Source of the DNA: a virus
Lineage: Duplodnaviria; Caudoviricetes
DNA length: 43,105 nucleotides
IMG/VR virus record: IMGVR_UViG_3300037458_000852
Location: 1 to 43,105 of that record
Strand: one strand, 5' to 3'
The notes under the pieces were generated by a model. That model saw only the letters and a program-made list of their open reading frames with translations. It made no database searches and was not told the origin of the DNA. Shown in pieces: positions 19,349 to 26,394 of the stretch. The position numbers and the translations under genes are program-made. Numbering within the stretch: position 1 is the stretch's first letter; each line of letters opens with the position of its first letter.

Positions 19349-20055
19349 GCGGGGTCGTCGGGGGCGGGCGGCGCGGCCTCAGCGGCGGCGTCTTGGGGAG
19401 TGGCCGGGTGCGGGTTGGTGGCGGCGATGCGCTGCGCTCGCGTGGACATCGCTCGGTGGGAGACGCCGGCCGCACGGGCGAGTGCGGCAACGGTGACGCC
19501 GCGGCTGAGCTGAGCGGAGACGATGCTGTCGAGCTCGTCGGAGGCTCGCCGTGAGCGCGACGTCGAGGACGTGCCGGCGCGGACCTTGGCAGCGAGGGGC
19601 GCGAGGCGGGCGATCTCGGCGGAGAGGTCGGGAGGGAGCGAGGGTGCAGGAGCGGGAGCGGGAGAGTCTGAGTCGCGAGCGAGGCGGTCTGAGCGGTCTG
19701 GGCGAACTCGCTTGTCTGAGCGGCCAGGGGGCGACGGGACCGGGCGGTCTTTGTCCTTGTCCTTGTCCTTGTCCGCGCTTGGGGCAGGAGCGGGGGCAGG
19801 GGCGAGGGCGTCGGGGGCGAAGCGACCGGAGGCACGCCGGGCAGCGACCTCCCAGGAGCGGATGGTGCTGCGCGGGAGCGGGGGGTCAAGGGAGACGGAG
19901 ATCTCCTGGAGAGACCAGCCTGCTGCACGCAGGGCGGTGACGCGCTCACGGAGGGCTGGGGAGTCGGGGTCGGAGGAGAGTGAGGCGAGGTGGGCGACCT
20001 CGTCAGGGGGGAGTGGTGTGAGGCGGGAGGAGGAACTGGCGACGCCGGGGGACAT
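19345..20055 (-). CDS. Double helix-turn-helix DNA-binding protein
   Basis: HTH1 LRAAGWSLQEIS..RSTIRSW and HTH2 RGVTVAALARAAGVSHRAM joined by a Pro/Ala/DK-repeat linker; leaderless start. Confidence 0.7.
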   Translation of the reverse strand: MSPGVASSSSRLTPLPPDEVAHLASLSSDPDSPALRERVTALRAAGWSLQEISVSLDPPLPRSTIRSWEVAARRASGRFAPDALAPAPAPAPSADKDKDKDKDRPVPSPPGRSDKRVRPDRSDRLARDSDSPAPAPAPSLPPDLSAEIARLAPLAAKVRAGTSSTSRSRRASDELDSIVSAQLSRGVTVAALARAAGVSHRAMSTRAQRIAATNPHPATPQDAAAEAAPPAPDDPA

Positions 20056-20061
20056 GTGGAC

Positions 20062-20090
20062 ATCCTATCACGGCGGGGAGGAGTGTACAG
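20062..20090 (-). promoter_or_regulatory. Leaderless promoter for the HTH gene
   Basis: CTGTAC-17-TAGGAT with TG extension, then 6 nt to ATG 20055; same -35 class as the cassette promoters. Confidence 0.55.
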
Positions 20091-20237
20091 GGGAGGACGA
20101 GGAGGATGTACAGCAGGAGGAGGGATGATAGGTTAGGGATGAAAGTTGGTTTGGCGAAAGAGAGGGTTGCGCCAGGTGTGCGCGCTCCGCGCTCACGCTT
20201 TCTGCTTTTTCTCGCGTGCTCTGCCCTCTGTGCGTGC

Positions 20238-20590
20238 GCCTGTCCCCGGCCATGGCCACCTGCCCCGGCCTGTGCGCCTGTCCTCGCCTCCCTGTTGCGC
20301 CCCCCTGGTCAGCGCCCAGGCGCCTGGCCATCCCTCCTGTCGAGGGTGCCTGCCTGTCCTCGCCCAGCCCTGGCCACCTGCCTGTCCTGCCTGCCCATCT
20401 CGTCCCTGCCTGCCTGCCTGCCTGGCCATGCCTGCCTGTGCCTGCCTGCCTGGCCATGCCTGGTCTCCTGCGCCCTGCCTGGTGCCATCGTCCCTGCCCT
20501 CGGCCTTGCGCCTGCCTATGCCTGCCATCGCGTCACCCCGCCGAGCTCTGGCCAACCCGCATGCGAGCGCAGCCCACACTTGCCTGCCTC
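20238..20590 (+). repeat. CCTG/CCTGC low-complexity repeat tract
   Basis: Roughly 30 CCTG on the + strand (e.g. cctgcctgcctgcctgcctggccatgcctgcctg) against about one CAGG; several TGGCCA palindromes. Confidence 0.85.
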
Positions 20591-20758
20591 ATCGCGCTCG
20601 GTCCACGCTCGTCAACCCGCATGCAATCGCGTGCTCGCTCAACTGAGTTGAGTGCACAAGAGATGCGCAATGTGTACCCGCATCCGCATGCAATCACTCA
20701 ACGTTCGAGTTTCCGCTCAATCGTGCGTGTGAACCCGCGCTCAATCGTCACCCGCATG
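20553..20758 (+). repeat. Iteron-like short direct repeats
   Basis: ACCCGCAT at ~20555, 20615, 20676, 20750; CCGCATGCAATC at ~20617 and 20685; CGCTCAATCGT at ~20714 and 20738. Confidence 0.6.
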
Positions 20759-20902
20759 GATCCGATCAGCGCGTCGCTGACGGACGATGAGCAGTCCGAT
20801 GACCGCATAGATGACCAGGTCGATCAGGGCAGCGACCGGCAGGATGACCTTCAGCAGCGCGATGACGGCAGCGGCGTACGCGGTGACGTACTCGCCAGCC
20901 AT
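20741..20902 (-). CDS. Small membrane protein (53 aa)
   Basis: Read manually: MAGEYVTAYAAAVIALLKVILPVAALIDLVIYAVIGLLIVRQRR... Confidence 0.6.
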   Translation of the reverse strand: MAGEYVTAYAAAVIALLKVILPVAALIDLVIYAVIGLLIVRQRRADRIHAGDD

Positions 20903-20910
20903 GAGAGAGC

Positions 20911-21075
20911 TCAGCGCTTGGCGGTCCGCGGTACCCGGCCACCCGGCAGGCGCGGGTTGACAGGCACGGCCACCGGGACCGGGACCTCCACGGCCGCCTC
21001 AGCCTTCTTGGCGGGCACCTTCTTGGCCGCGGCAGGCTTGGGCTTGGCGGCAGGCTTGCTCTCGTTGTCGGGCAT
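20911..21075 (-). CDS. Small Lys/Ala/Pro-rich basic protein (54 aa), leaderless
   Basis: KPAAKPKPAAAKKVPAKKA; TG-n-TACCGT lies 6 nt upstream of ATG 21075. Confidence 0.6.
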   Translation of the reverse strand: MPDNESKPAAKPKPAAAKKVPAKKAEAAVEVPVPVAVPVNPRLPGGRVPRTAKR

Positions 21076-21091
21076 GACCGTACGGTAACAC

Positions 21092-21129
21092 GCGAAAGGC
21101 GCCAACCCTCTCGGGCTGGCGCCTCTCGC
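21092..21129 (-). terminator. Stem-loop terminator
   Basis: gcgaaaggcgcca-accc-tctc-gggc-tggcgcctctcgc inverted repeat just after the SWIM gene stop. Confidence 0.65.
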
Positions 21130-21135
21130 TCCAAC

Positions 21136-21330
21136 TCAGCGGGCCGCCTGCGCGCTGAGCTGGCCGGCGAGCGCCCTGATGTGCTTGCAGGAGCGGTCGG
21201 CGGGGGCCTTGTGCTGGAACTTCCAGGCGGGGCAGCTGCAGTACCAGGAGGCGCCGTTCCGGGCGCGCTTGATCGTGTACTCGGCGCCGTTGGAGCCGGG
21301 GACCTTGATCTCGAACTGGGTGGCGGCCAT
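21136..21330 (-). CDS. SWIM zinc-finger protein
   Basis: GSNGAEYTI..WYCSCPAWKFQ..CKHI (CxC...CxH); preceded by cassette 1. Confidence 0.8.
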   Translation of the reverse strand: MAATQFEIKVPGSNGAEYTIKRARNGASWYCSCPAWKFQHKAPADRSCKHIRALAGQLSAQAAR

Positions 21331-21335
21331 CTGAC

Positions 21336-21406
21336 TGTCCTTTCGTCGTTTACCGGGCTTCCTGCCCGATGTTTCTATTATAACAGGTACATGCTCCGGA
21401 TGGCAA
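21336..21406 (-). promoter_or_regulatory. Cassette 1
   Basis: TTGCCA-18-TATAAT (CCTGT ext.) ...AACGACGAAAGGACA. Confidence 0.85.
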
Positions 21407-21427
21407 CCCCACTGGGCGGCCAGTTTC

Positions 21428-21601
21428 TCACCGGACGTGGCGGGAGACGATGGGCCAGCCGTCCCAGCCGTTGACCTCGATGAAGAGCTGCGCCGCGTCG
21501 AGCGCGTGGTGCTTGGTCAGCGCCTCGACCTCGAGCTCGAACCGGCCCGTTGAGCTCTGGCAGGTTACCGCGTACTTGGTGAGCTTGAGCTGGGTGATCA
21601 T
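21428..21601 (-). CDS. Hypothetical protein (57 aa)
   Basis: Read manually: MITQLKLTKYAVTCQSSTGRFELEVEALTKHHALDAAQLFIEVNGWDGWPIVSRHVR; after cassette 2. Confidence 0.7.
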   Translation of the reverse strand: MITQLKLTKYAVTCQSSTGRFELEVEALTKHHALDAAQLFIEVNGWDGWPIVSRHVR

Positions 21602-21606
21602 CGTGC

Positions 21607-21658
21607 GTCCCTTCGTCCTTATGATTCCATTATATCAAGCTGGAGCTCCGGTGTACAC
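21607..21658 (-). promoter_or_regulatory. Cassette 2
   Basis: GTGTAC..CTTGATATAAT..GGACGAAGGGAC. Confidence 0.85.
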
Positions 21659-21700
21659 CCCTGACGCCCGCGAACTCGCTCAAGTTTTCCTGCTCGAGGG

Positions 21701-21756
21701 CTGTACCAACTCGAGTGAACTTGATATAATGAAACTAGAAGGAAGGACGAAGGGAC
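21701..21756 (+). promoter_or_regulatory. Cassette 3 (only + strand copy, divergent from cassette 2)
   Basis: CTGTAC-18-TATAAT (CTTGA ext.) ..GGACGAAGGGAC. Confidence 0.85.
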
Positions 21757-21761
21757 GGAAG

Positions 21762-21875
21762 ATGAGCGCCAACCGAGTCGGACAAGAGATCGAGAGCCTC
21801 GTGGCGAGTGGCATGGACCCCGACCTGGCAGTCAAGACCGCGATCAAGGCAGCGTGTAGGAGGTGGCACCGATGA
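21762..21875 (+). CDS. Hypothetical peptide (37 aa)
   Basis: MSANRVGQEIESLVASGMDPDLAVKTAIKAACRRWHR directly after cassette 3. Confidence 0.65.
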   Translation: MSANRVGQEIESLVASGMDPDLAVKTAIKAACRRWHR

Positions 21876-21946
21876 TGACCGCCCTCGCTCTGGCGGGCGT
21901 GACCTTCATGGTCTTCTGGTCAATCCGCAGCGAACACAGAAGCTGA
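21872..21946 (+). CDS. Small hydrophobic peptide (24 aa)
   Basis: AGGAGG SD, ATGA overlap, MMTALALAGVTFMVFWSIRSEHRS, followed by terminator. Confidence 0.5.
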   Translation: MMTALALAGVTFMVFWSIRSEHRS

Positions 21947-21951
21947 CACAA

Positions 21952-21980
21952 GAAAGGCCGCCCAGTTCGGGCGGCCTTTC
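21952..21980 (+). terminator. Intrinsic terminator
   Basis: gaaaggccgccc-agttc-gggcggcctttc perfect stem. Confidence 0.75.
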
Positions 21981-22006
21981 GCATGTCCAAGATGTACAAT
22001 AGTCCT

Positions 22007-22480
22007 ATGCCCTGCGTCTACGTCTTGGTGTCGGCAGCAGCACCAGATGTTGTCCGCTACGTCGGGATCACCAGCTACGACTCGCCGGACCGCCGGTTCG
22101 CTGCTCACAGGGCAGAAGCCCGACCTGGTGGCACAAGATCACCACTCTACGACTGGATGCGAGACGAAGAGCACGTGCAGGTCCGCGTGGTGAAGGTGAC
22201 GACGACACAAGACGAGGCAGCACAGCTTGAGCGCGAGATGATCGCTGAACTTCGAGCCAGTGGCGCTAAGCTGTTGAACGTGTCAAGCGGCGGTGAACGA
22301 GGCTTCACCTTCGCCCACAGCGACGCTGCGAAGATGAAGATCAGCGTTGCATTGAAAGGCAAGCCAAAGAGTGACGCGTTCCGTGCAAACCTGACTGGCA
22401 GAACGCTGAGCCCAGAGACTCGAGCAAAGATCGCTGCTGCGAATCTTGGTAGGCGAAAGCCTCGGCGAACAAGCCCATAA
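22007..22480 (+). CDS. GIY-YIG endonuclease with NUMOD3 motifs (leaderless)
   Basis: CVYVLVS..VRYVGIT, EREMI, LLNVSSGGE, HSDAAKMKIS, SPETRAKIA; TACAAT 6 nt before ATG 22007. Confidence 0.85.
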   Translation: MPCVYVLVSAAAPDVVRYVGITSYDSPDRRFAAHRAEARPGGTRSPLYDWMRDEEHVQVRVVKVTTTQDEAAQLEREMIAELRASGAKLLNVSSGGERGFTFAHSDAAKMKISVALKGKPKSDAFRANLTGRTLSPETRAKIAAANLGRRKPRRTSP

Positions 22481-22484
22481 ATGA

Positions 22485-22698
22485 AGAGAAGACCACCCGA
22501 AGGTGGCCTCTCCCCTGGGTCGGTCGCTCGGCCCTGAGGCTGTGCGTCGTTTCCCCGACAGACCGGGCCGCCCTGTCCATTCCTCACTGGCTATCCGAGG
22601 ACCGCCAGCTTGGTGCGCCGAAGCGCAGGGCCGTTCTTGTCTGCCGATGACTCGTTGCCGGGTCATCTATTCGCTACCGCCGAGGCTGCAGCGCGTAG
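22485..22698 (-). ncRNA. Candidate structured non-coding RNA (~210 nt)
   Basis: Bounded by a CTGTAC-18-TATAGT promoter (22704-22733) and a terminator hairpin (22489-22511); GCAA, UUCG and GAAA tetraloop hairpins, nested long-range stems and a possible pseudoknot; no credible ORF. Confidence 0.6.
22489..22511. terminator. Terminator hairpin between convergent units
   Basis: - strand reads gaggccacc-uucg-ggugguc(uu)-cucuucauuu. Confidence 0.7.
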
Positions 22699-22703
22699 GA
22701 TGA

Positions 22704-22733
22704 ACTATACACGGTTCATTCTGACTTGTACAG
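22704..22733 (-). promoter_or_regulatory. Promoter lacking the RBS half of the cassette
   Basis: CTGTAC-18-TATAGT; no AACGACGAAGGGAC downstream. Confidence 0.6.
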
Positions 22734-22889
22734 CTCGCGAACCTCGCGCACGATCAGAGCCTTGCCCTCTTGCCGCGACCCCTTATGAAGCTTGCGCCAG
22801 GTTCGCATCTTCGACGCGGCGCCCTTGCGCGTGTGACACCAGAACTCGCTGCTCCGGCCGGCGCGGTGATCAAGGTCACGGTTACTCAA
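22716..22889 (-). CDS. Small basic hypothetical protein (57 aa)
   Basis: GAGGAGG SD, TTG start overlapping the upstream stop; read manually. Confidence 0.45.
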   Translation of the reverse strand: MSNRDLDHRAGRSSEFWCHTRKGAASKMRTWRKLHKGSRQEGKALIVREVRELYKSE

Positions 22890-23238
22890 CGTCTTCCTCC
22901 TCGTCCGTGAACGCGTCAGCCATCGTCGGCAGCGTCTGGACCAGCTGTTGGAAGCCCTTGTCGTTGCGCATGTTGCCGATCACCCGGGCCACCGTCGCCA
23001 TGTCGGGCGTGGCCGAGCACCCGCGGCAGCGGACGAAGTACTGGGGGATCCCGTCGTTCAAGCGTGCCATGCCGAACCAGGTGTGCAGCCCGAGCACGTG
23101 CTTGAACCAGACCACCAGCTGGTCTCGCCACTGGAACTCCCACCGGTACGCCAGGTGCCGGCGACGTCCACCCGGATAGCCCACGCACTCAGCGAGCGTG
23201 TGGTCAAGCGGGTGGAACTGGCTGAAGTCGATGTTCAT
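22882..23238 (-). CDS. Hypothetical protein with CxxC
   Basis: ATGA overlap with LuxR stop; GACGAAGGGA SD; H..W...CRGC. Confidence 0.7.
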   Translation of the reverse strand: MNIDFSQFHPLDHTLAECVGYPGGRRRHLAYRWEFQWRDQLVVWFKHVLGLHTWFGMARLNDGIPQYFVRCRGCSATPDMATVARVIGNMRNDKGFQQLVQTLPTMADAFTDEEEDVE

Positions 23239-23543
23239 ATGATCCCTTCGTCTTTTGCGATTACAACCATGTGTGTCGTGTTGCGCGCGCCCCACCGGCG
23301 CGTGACCCGGTACACGTGCGTCTTCACCGTGTTCAGTGTCAGCCCGATCTCCTCGGCAATCTCATCCTTGGTCAAGCCCTGGGCCAGGAGCTCGAGGATC
23401 TGGACCTCACGAAGTGACGCGCGCCGGTCATCGGGCTCGTCAGGGACGGTGAGCAGCAGCTTGTACCCGGCGATCTCGGCGTTGAGCCGGCTGATCTCAG
23501 CGGTGAGCCGCTGGATGGTGATCTCGGCCTCGGGGTCAGACAT
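23235..23543 (-). CDS. LuxR-type HTH transcriptional regulator with N-terminal coiled coil
   Basis: SLREVQILELLAQGLTKDEIAEEIGLTLNTVKTHVYRV..WGARN. Confidence 0.9.
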   Translation of the reverse strand: MSDPEAEITIQRLTAEISRLNAEIAGYKLLLTVPDEPDDRRASLREVQILELLAQGLTKDEIAEEIGLTLNTVKTHVYRVTRRWGARNTTHMVVIAKDEGII

Positions 23544-23868
23544 CAGTGCTGACCCGGGCGTCAACGGCGAACCGGTCGCGTCGCTTGTCGATGGAGTAGT
23601 GAGCCCACTCGAGCAGCGCCTCCTCATGTGAGCGAGCGTGGTGAGCGCAGGTGAGGATGTGCTGGTTGTCGCGCACCCACCGAACCCAGGCCTCCGCGCC
23701 ACAGCGGTCGCACCGGTCGGCGGCGGTCAGCGCCTGGCTGATGACCTGGTCGTTCAGCGTCTCGACCGGCACCGGGTGCCACCTCCCTCGCTCGTCCCGT
23801 TCATGGTACTCGCCCTGGAGCGCCCGTCGGAACTCCTCCCAGTCGACGTTGATCTTCTCTCCGGTCAC
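23536..23868 (-). CDS. Small actinobacterial Zn-binding protein (DUF7455-like)
   Basis: LTAADRCDRCGAEAWVR..LTCAHHARSHEEAL. Confidence 0.7.
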   Translation of the reverse strand: MTGEKINVDWEEFRRALQGEYHERDERGRWHPVPVETLNDQVISQALTAADRCDRCGAEAWVRWVRDNQHILTCAHHARSHEEALLEWAHYSIDKRRDRFAVDARVSTDV

Positions 23869-24788
23869 AACACGTTCATCTCCTTTGCCAGCGCGTACGC
23901 AGTCTCAGCCCACACCGTGGGCGTGAGATCCTTCGGGCGGTAGCCTCCGGCGCCACCCATGATAACCCTTGCCCCCAGGTCTCGAGCGGCTCTACCGACC
24001 ATCCTGGCGGCCTCCCGGTACCCTTCAAGCGTGTAGCCAAGGGATGACAACGGGTCGCCCACCACTCCGTCGGCGCCGGCGACCAGCAGGATTGTCGTCA
24101 CGCCCGGGCGCATGTGGGGAGAGTCAACCGCCTCTTGAACGGCTGCCAGGAACTCGTCGTCACCTGACCCCGGCCCGAGCGCATGGTTGTACACGTTCTC
24201 ACGTGGGCTGTCAGTCAACCCAGTCCCGGGGAAGATCCCCTTCTCATGGATGCTGAACGTGGTGATGCGTTGGTCAGCGCGGGTCAGTGCCTCGACTCCA
24301 TCGCCGTGATGCGCATCCCAGTCCAGGTAGAACACGTGCTCGCCGTAGTGAGCCAAGTAGCGAGCCGCGTACGCCATGTCGTTCAGCACGCAGAACCCGC
24401 TGGAGTGGTTGAACCCGGCGTGGTGCTTGCCTCCTTGCCAGTGGATCCCCAACTCACCGGGCTTCACCTCGTGCACCAGCTCAGCGGTTCCGTTGAACAT
24501 GCGAACGGCGAGGGCGCCCAGGTCTGGGCGGTGATCGTCCCAGCCGTTGGTTCCCCACTCGGTGCTGTAGCCCTGGGCCACGCGGCGCACGTAGACGTCG
24601 TCGTGCACCCCCAGGGCTACAGCTGTGCGCAGCACGTCGTCGCCGCTGGCAGGCCCAGACACTCGAACCGACGCGGTGCCAGCCAGCTCGAGGAACTGCT
24701 TCGTGGCCAGCCGTGAACGGATCCCGTTCGTGGGTCCGCCGAAGTGCCAGCCGTCGTATGCGTCGGTGTGCTTGAGGTGAATGGTCAT
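23865..24788 (-). CDS. Zn-dependent histone deacetylase/AcuC-family deacylase
   Basis: GGKHHA..SSGFCVLND, YLDWDAHHGDGV, SIHE..FPGTG, GADG..GDPLS, GGY motifs all present. Confidence 0.92.
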   Translation of the reverse strand: MTIHLKHTDAYDGWHFGGPTNGIRSRLATKQFLELAGTASVRVSGPASGDDVLRTAVALGVHDDVYVRRVAQGYSTEWGTNGWDDHRPDLGALAVRMFNGTAELVHEVKPGELGIHWQGGKHHAGFNHSSGFCVLNDMAYAARYLAHYGEHVFYLDWDAHHGDGVEALTRADQRITTFSIHEKGIFPGTGLTDSPRENVYNHALGPGSGDDEFLAAVQEAVDSPHMRPGVTTILLVAGADGVVGDPLSSLGYTLEGYREAARMVGRAARDLGARVIMGGAGGYRPKDLTPTVWAETAYALAKEMNVL

Positions 24789-24979
24789 CCGGTACCCCCG
24801 TCATCTGGCGCGTTTCGCACCCACTTGTAGTACTGCTCAGCGATGCCCAGGAGTACCTTGTCGGGCATGGTCGGCTGCGCCTCACGGGCGAGCTCGAGGC
24901 AGCGCATCCGGATCTCGGTGCGCTGGACAAGCATCCAGTCCTTCGGGTGGATGTTCGTGCCGGAGGGTGGGTTCATCAT
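24785..24979 (-). CDS. Hypothetical protein (64 aa)
   Basis: GAGGA SD; EIRMRCLELA..AEQYYKWV; overlaps neighbours. Confidence 0.65.
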   Translation of the reverse strand: MMNPPSGTNIHPKDWMLVQRTEIRMRCLELAREAQPTMPDKVLLGIAEQYYKWVRNAPDDGGTG

Positions 24980-25260
24980 CGGAGTTCCTCCCTCATCTCG
25001 AGCGCGCGGGCAACCCGGACGACCTTCTCCTCCCACACCCAGAGCAGGTGCTCCAGGTCTCGGGTGGTGACCACCTCGGTGGCTGCTCTCACCTTGGCGT
25101 GGAAGTCGATGAGCATCTCCGCGTACTGGTCACGCTCCTCCTCGACTCGGCTGAGCAGCGTGTTGGTGGTGCGGGCCAAGCTGTCGGAGTTTGCCTGGAT
25201 GATGTCGGCCATGAGCCGCACCCCAGCGCCGTCGTAGCTGTCGGGGCCGTCGGTCACCAT
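24976..25260 (-). CDS. Hypothetical coiled-coil protein (94 aa)
   Basis: GGAGG SD before ATG 25260; the longer track ORF overlaps the phosphatase. Confidence 0.65.
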   Translation of the reverse strand: MVTDGPDSYDGAGVRLMADIIQANSDSLARTTNTLLSRVEEERDQYAEMLIDFHAKVRAATEVVTTRDLEHLLWVWEEKVVRVARALEMREELR

Positions 25261-25769
25261 GCGATCACCTCCAGCTCGTCGAGCTCGCGGATTGCGCGCT
25301 CGAAGTCTCGGTTGCAGAGCACCCACTTGCTGCGCGTCTGCCGAAGGAGCTCGATCGCGTTCTCGGCTGTCCAGCCGGCGCGAATCAGGACCAGTGCCGT
25401 GATCAACCCGGACCGGTTCAGCCCGGCCTGGCAGCGGATCAGCACCCGGTCGCCGGCTTCCCAGCGTCGGTGGGCCCAGTTCACCGTCTCGGCCAGCTTG
25501 CCCCACTCGGGCAGCTCTTGCGAGTCGTAGAAGCCCCATCGGAGCTCCTCGACCTCCCAGTCGACGGGCCGTGCCCACGCGTACAGCGTGACAACCGCGT
25601 CGAACTTGGCCTTGGTGATCTCCCGGTTGCCGTAGTACGTCTTGGCCGGGACGTCGATCGTGTCGTCGTCGTCGGTGCCACCTTGCCAGAGGCCGGGCAG
25701 TACCTCGGTCCACAGCTCGTCGGGAACTGTGATCAGTCGTTGGTGTGTGAGTTCTTCGAATGTTGCCAT
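25254..25769 (-). CDS. Dual-specificity/tyrosine protein phosphatase
   Basis: EVLPGLWQGG; catalytic CX5R loop VLIRCQAGLNRSG; AIELLRQTR..N.DF. Confidence 0.92.
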   Translation of the reverse strand: MATFEELTHQRLITVPDELWTEVLPGLWQGGTDDDDTIDVPAKTYYGNREITKAKFDAVVTLYAWARPVDWEVEELRWGFYDSQELPEWGKLAETVNWAHRRWEAGDRVLIRCQAGLNRSGLITALVLIRAGWTAENAIELLRQTRSKWVLCNRDFERAIRELDELEVIAW

Positions 25770-25776
25770 GTCGTGC

Positions 25777-25829
25777 GTCCTTCCGTCGTTGTTATTATCA
25801 TTATATCAGGTTTTCGAACATACGTACAA
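25777..25829 (-). promoter_or_regulatory. Cassette 4 (drives phosphatase-HDAC-LuxR operon)
   Basis: TTGTAC-18-TATAAT (CCTGA) ..AACGACGGAAGGAC. Confidence 0.88.
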
Positions 25830-25870
25830 CCCGCTAGGCGACGCCCGCGGGTTGTGCGTGATGAGTGAGC

Positions 25871-26101
25871 TCAGGGTGCCCAGATGGGCGTGTAGTAACC
25901 CTCTCCGCTGTAGTCGACGTCGTAGTCGATCTTGTCGGTCGTCGCGCCGCAGTCCTCGCACGTGGCGAGCGTCGGGCCGTGGGTGGGAGTCTCGCCGCTG
26001 AACACGACCTCGTCGTGCTCGCACGTGTCCTCGCAGATGCAGTCGCGTGCCCAGTCGCCGCAGCGCGGGCACTTGCCCTCTGGGGTCATTGCCGGTGCCA
26101 T
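25871..26101 (-). CDS. Cys-rich zinc-finger protein
   Basis: CPRC..CIC..CEH..CEDC. Confidence 0.7.
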   Translation of the reverse strand: MAPAMTPEGKCPRCGDWARDCICEDTCEHDEVVFSGETPTHGPTLATCEDCGATTDKIDYDVDYSGEGYYTPIWAP

Positions 26102-26105
26102 GTTC

Positions 26106-26228
26106 GTCCCTTCATCTCGTTCGTCTTTGCGTCCGCCAACTCACCCAGACTTGCTCACCGGGTGGGCCAGGGTTCCCGCCTTCCTTGCCTTGTAGTATCA
26201 TTATATCAGGTGCTGCTCAAGATGGCAA
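26106..26228 (-). promoter_or_regulatory. Cassette 5 (long leader with hairpin)
   Basis: TTGCCA-17-TATAAT, ~90-nt leader, GATGAAGGGAC. Confidence 0.8.
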
Positions 26229-26390
26229 CCCCTCGCGCCTCAGGTGCTGCTCGAGGCGCTCCTCTGCAATGTCCTTGAAGTACCAGTTCGACCGGTACCC
26301 ACACGAACAGCGCACGCGGTGCGTGTACAAGCTGAACCGCTTGGGGTCTCTGACCGGCTCGCGAACCTCGAGAAGCGTCCTGTGTTCCAT
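26217..26390 (-). CDS. Hypothetical protein (57 aa, CSC motif)
   Basis: Read manually: MEHRTLLEVREPVRDPKRFSLYTHRVRCSCGYRSNWYFKDIAEERLEQHLRREGLPS. Confidence 0.7.
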   Translation of the reverse strand: MEHRTLLEVREPVRDPKRFSLYTHRVRCSCGYRSNWYFKDIAEERLEQHLRREGLPS

Positions 26391-26394
26391 GTTC

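Noticed and set aside
19116-20063. 315-aa Pro/Ser-rich alternative frame
   Set aside because: Overlaps the HTH gene, which has motifs and a properly spaced leaderless promoter.
20106-21088. ORFs over the CCTG tract (20106..20651, 20146..20646, 20193..20579, 20216..21088)
   Set aside because: Several frames are open because the repeat lacks stops; products are low-complexity with no clear start signals. A - strand Gly/Gln/Arg protein cannot be fully excluded.
23235-23256. GACGAAGGGA at the end of the LuxR gene as a 28th cassette
   Set aside because: Only the SD half is present with no CCTGATATAAT upstream; counted as an ordinary RBS.
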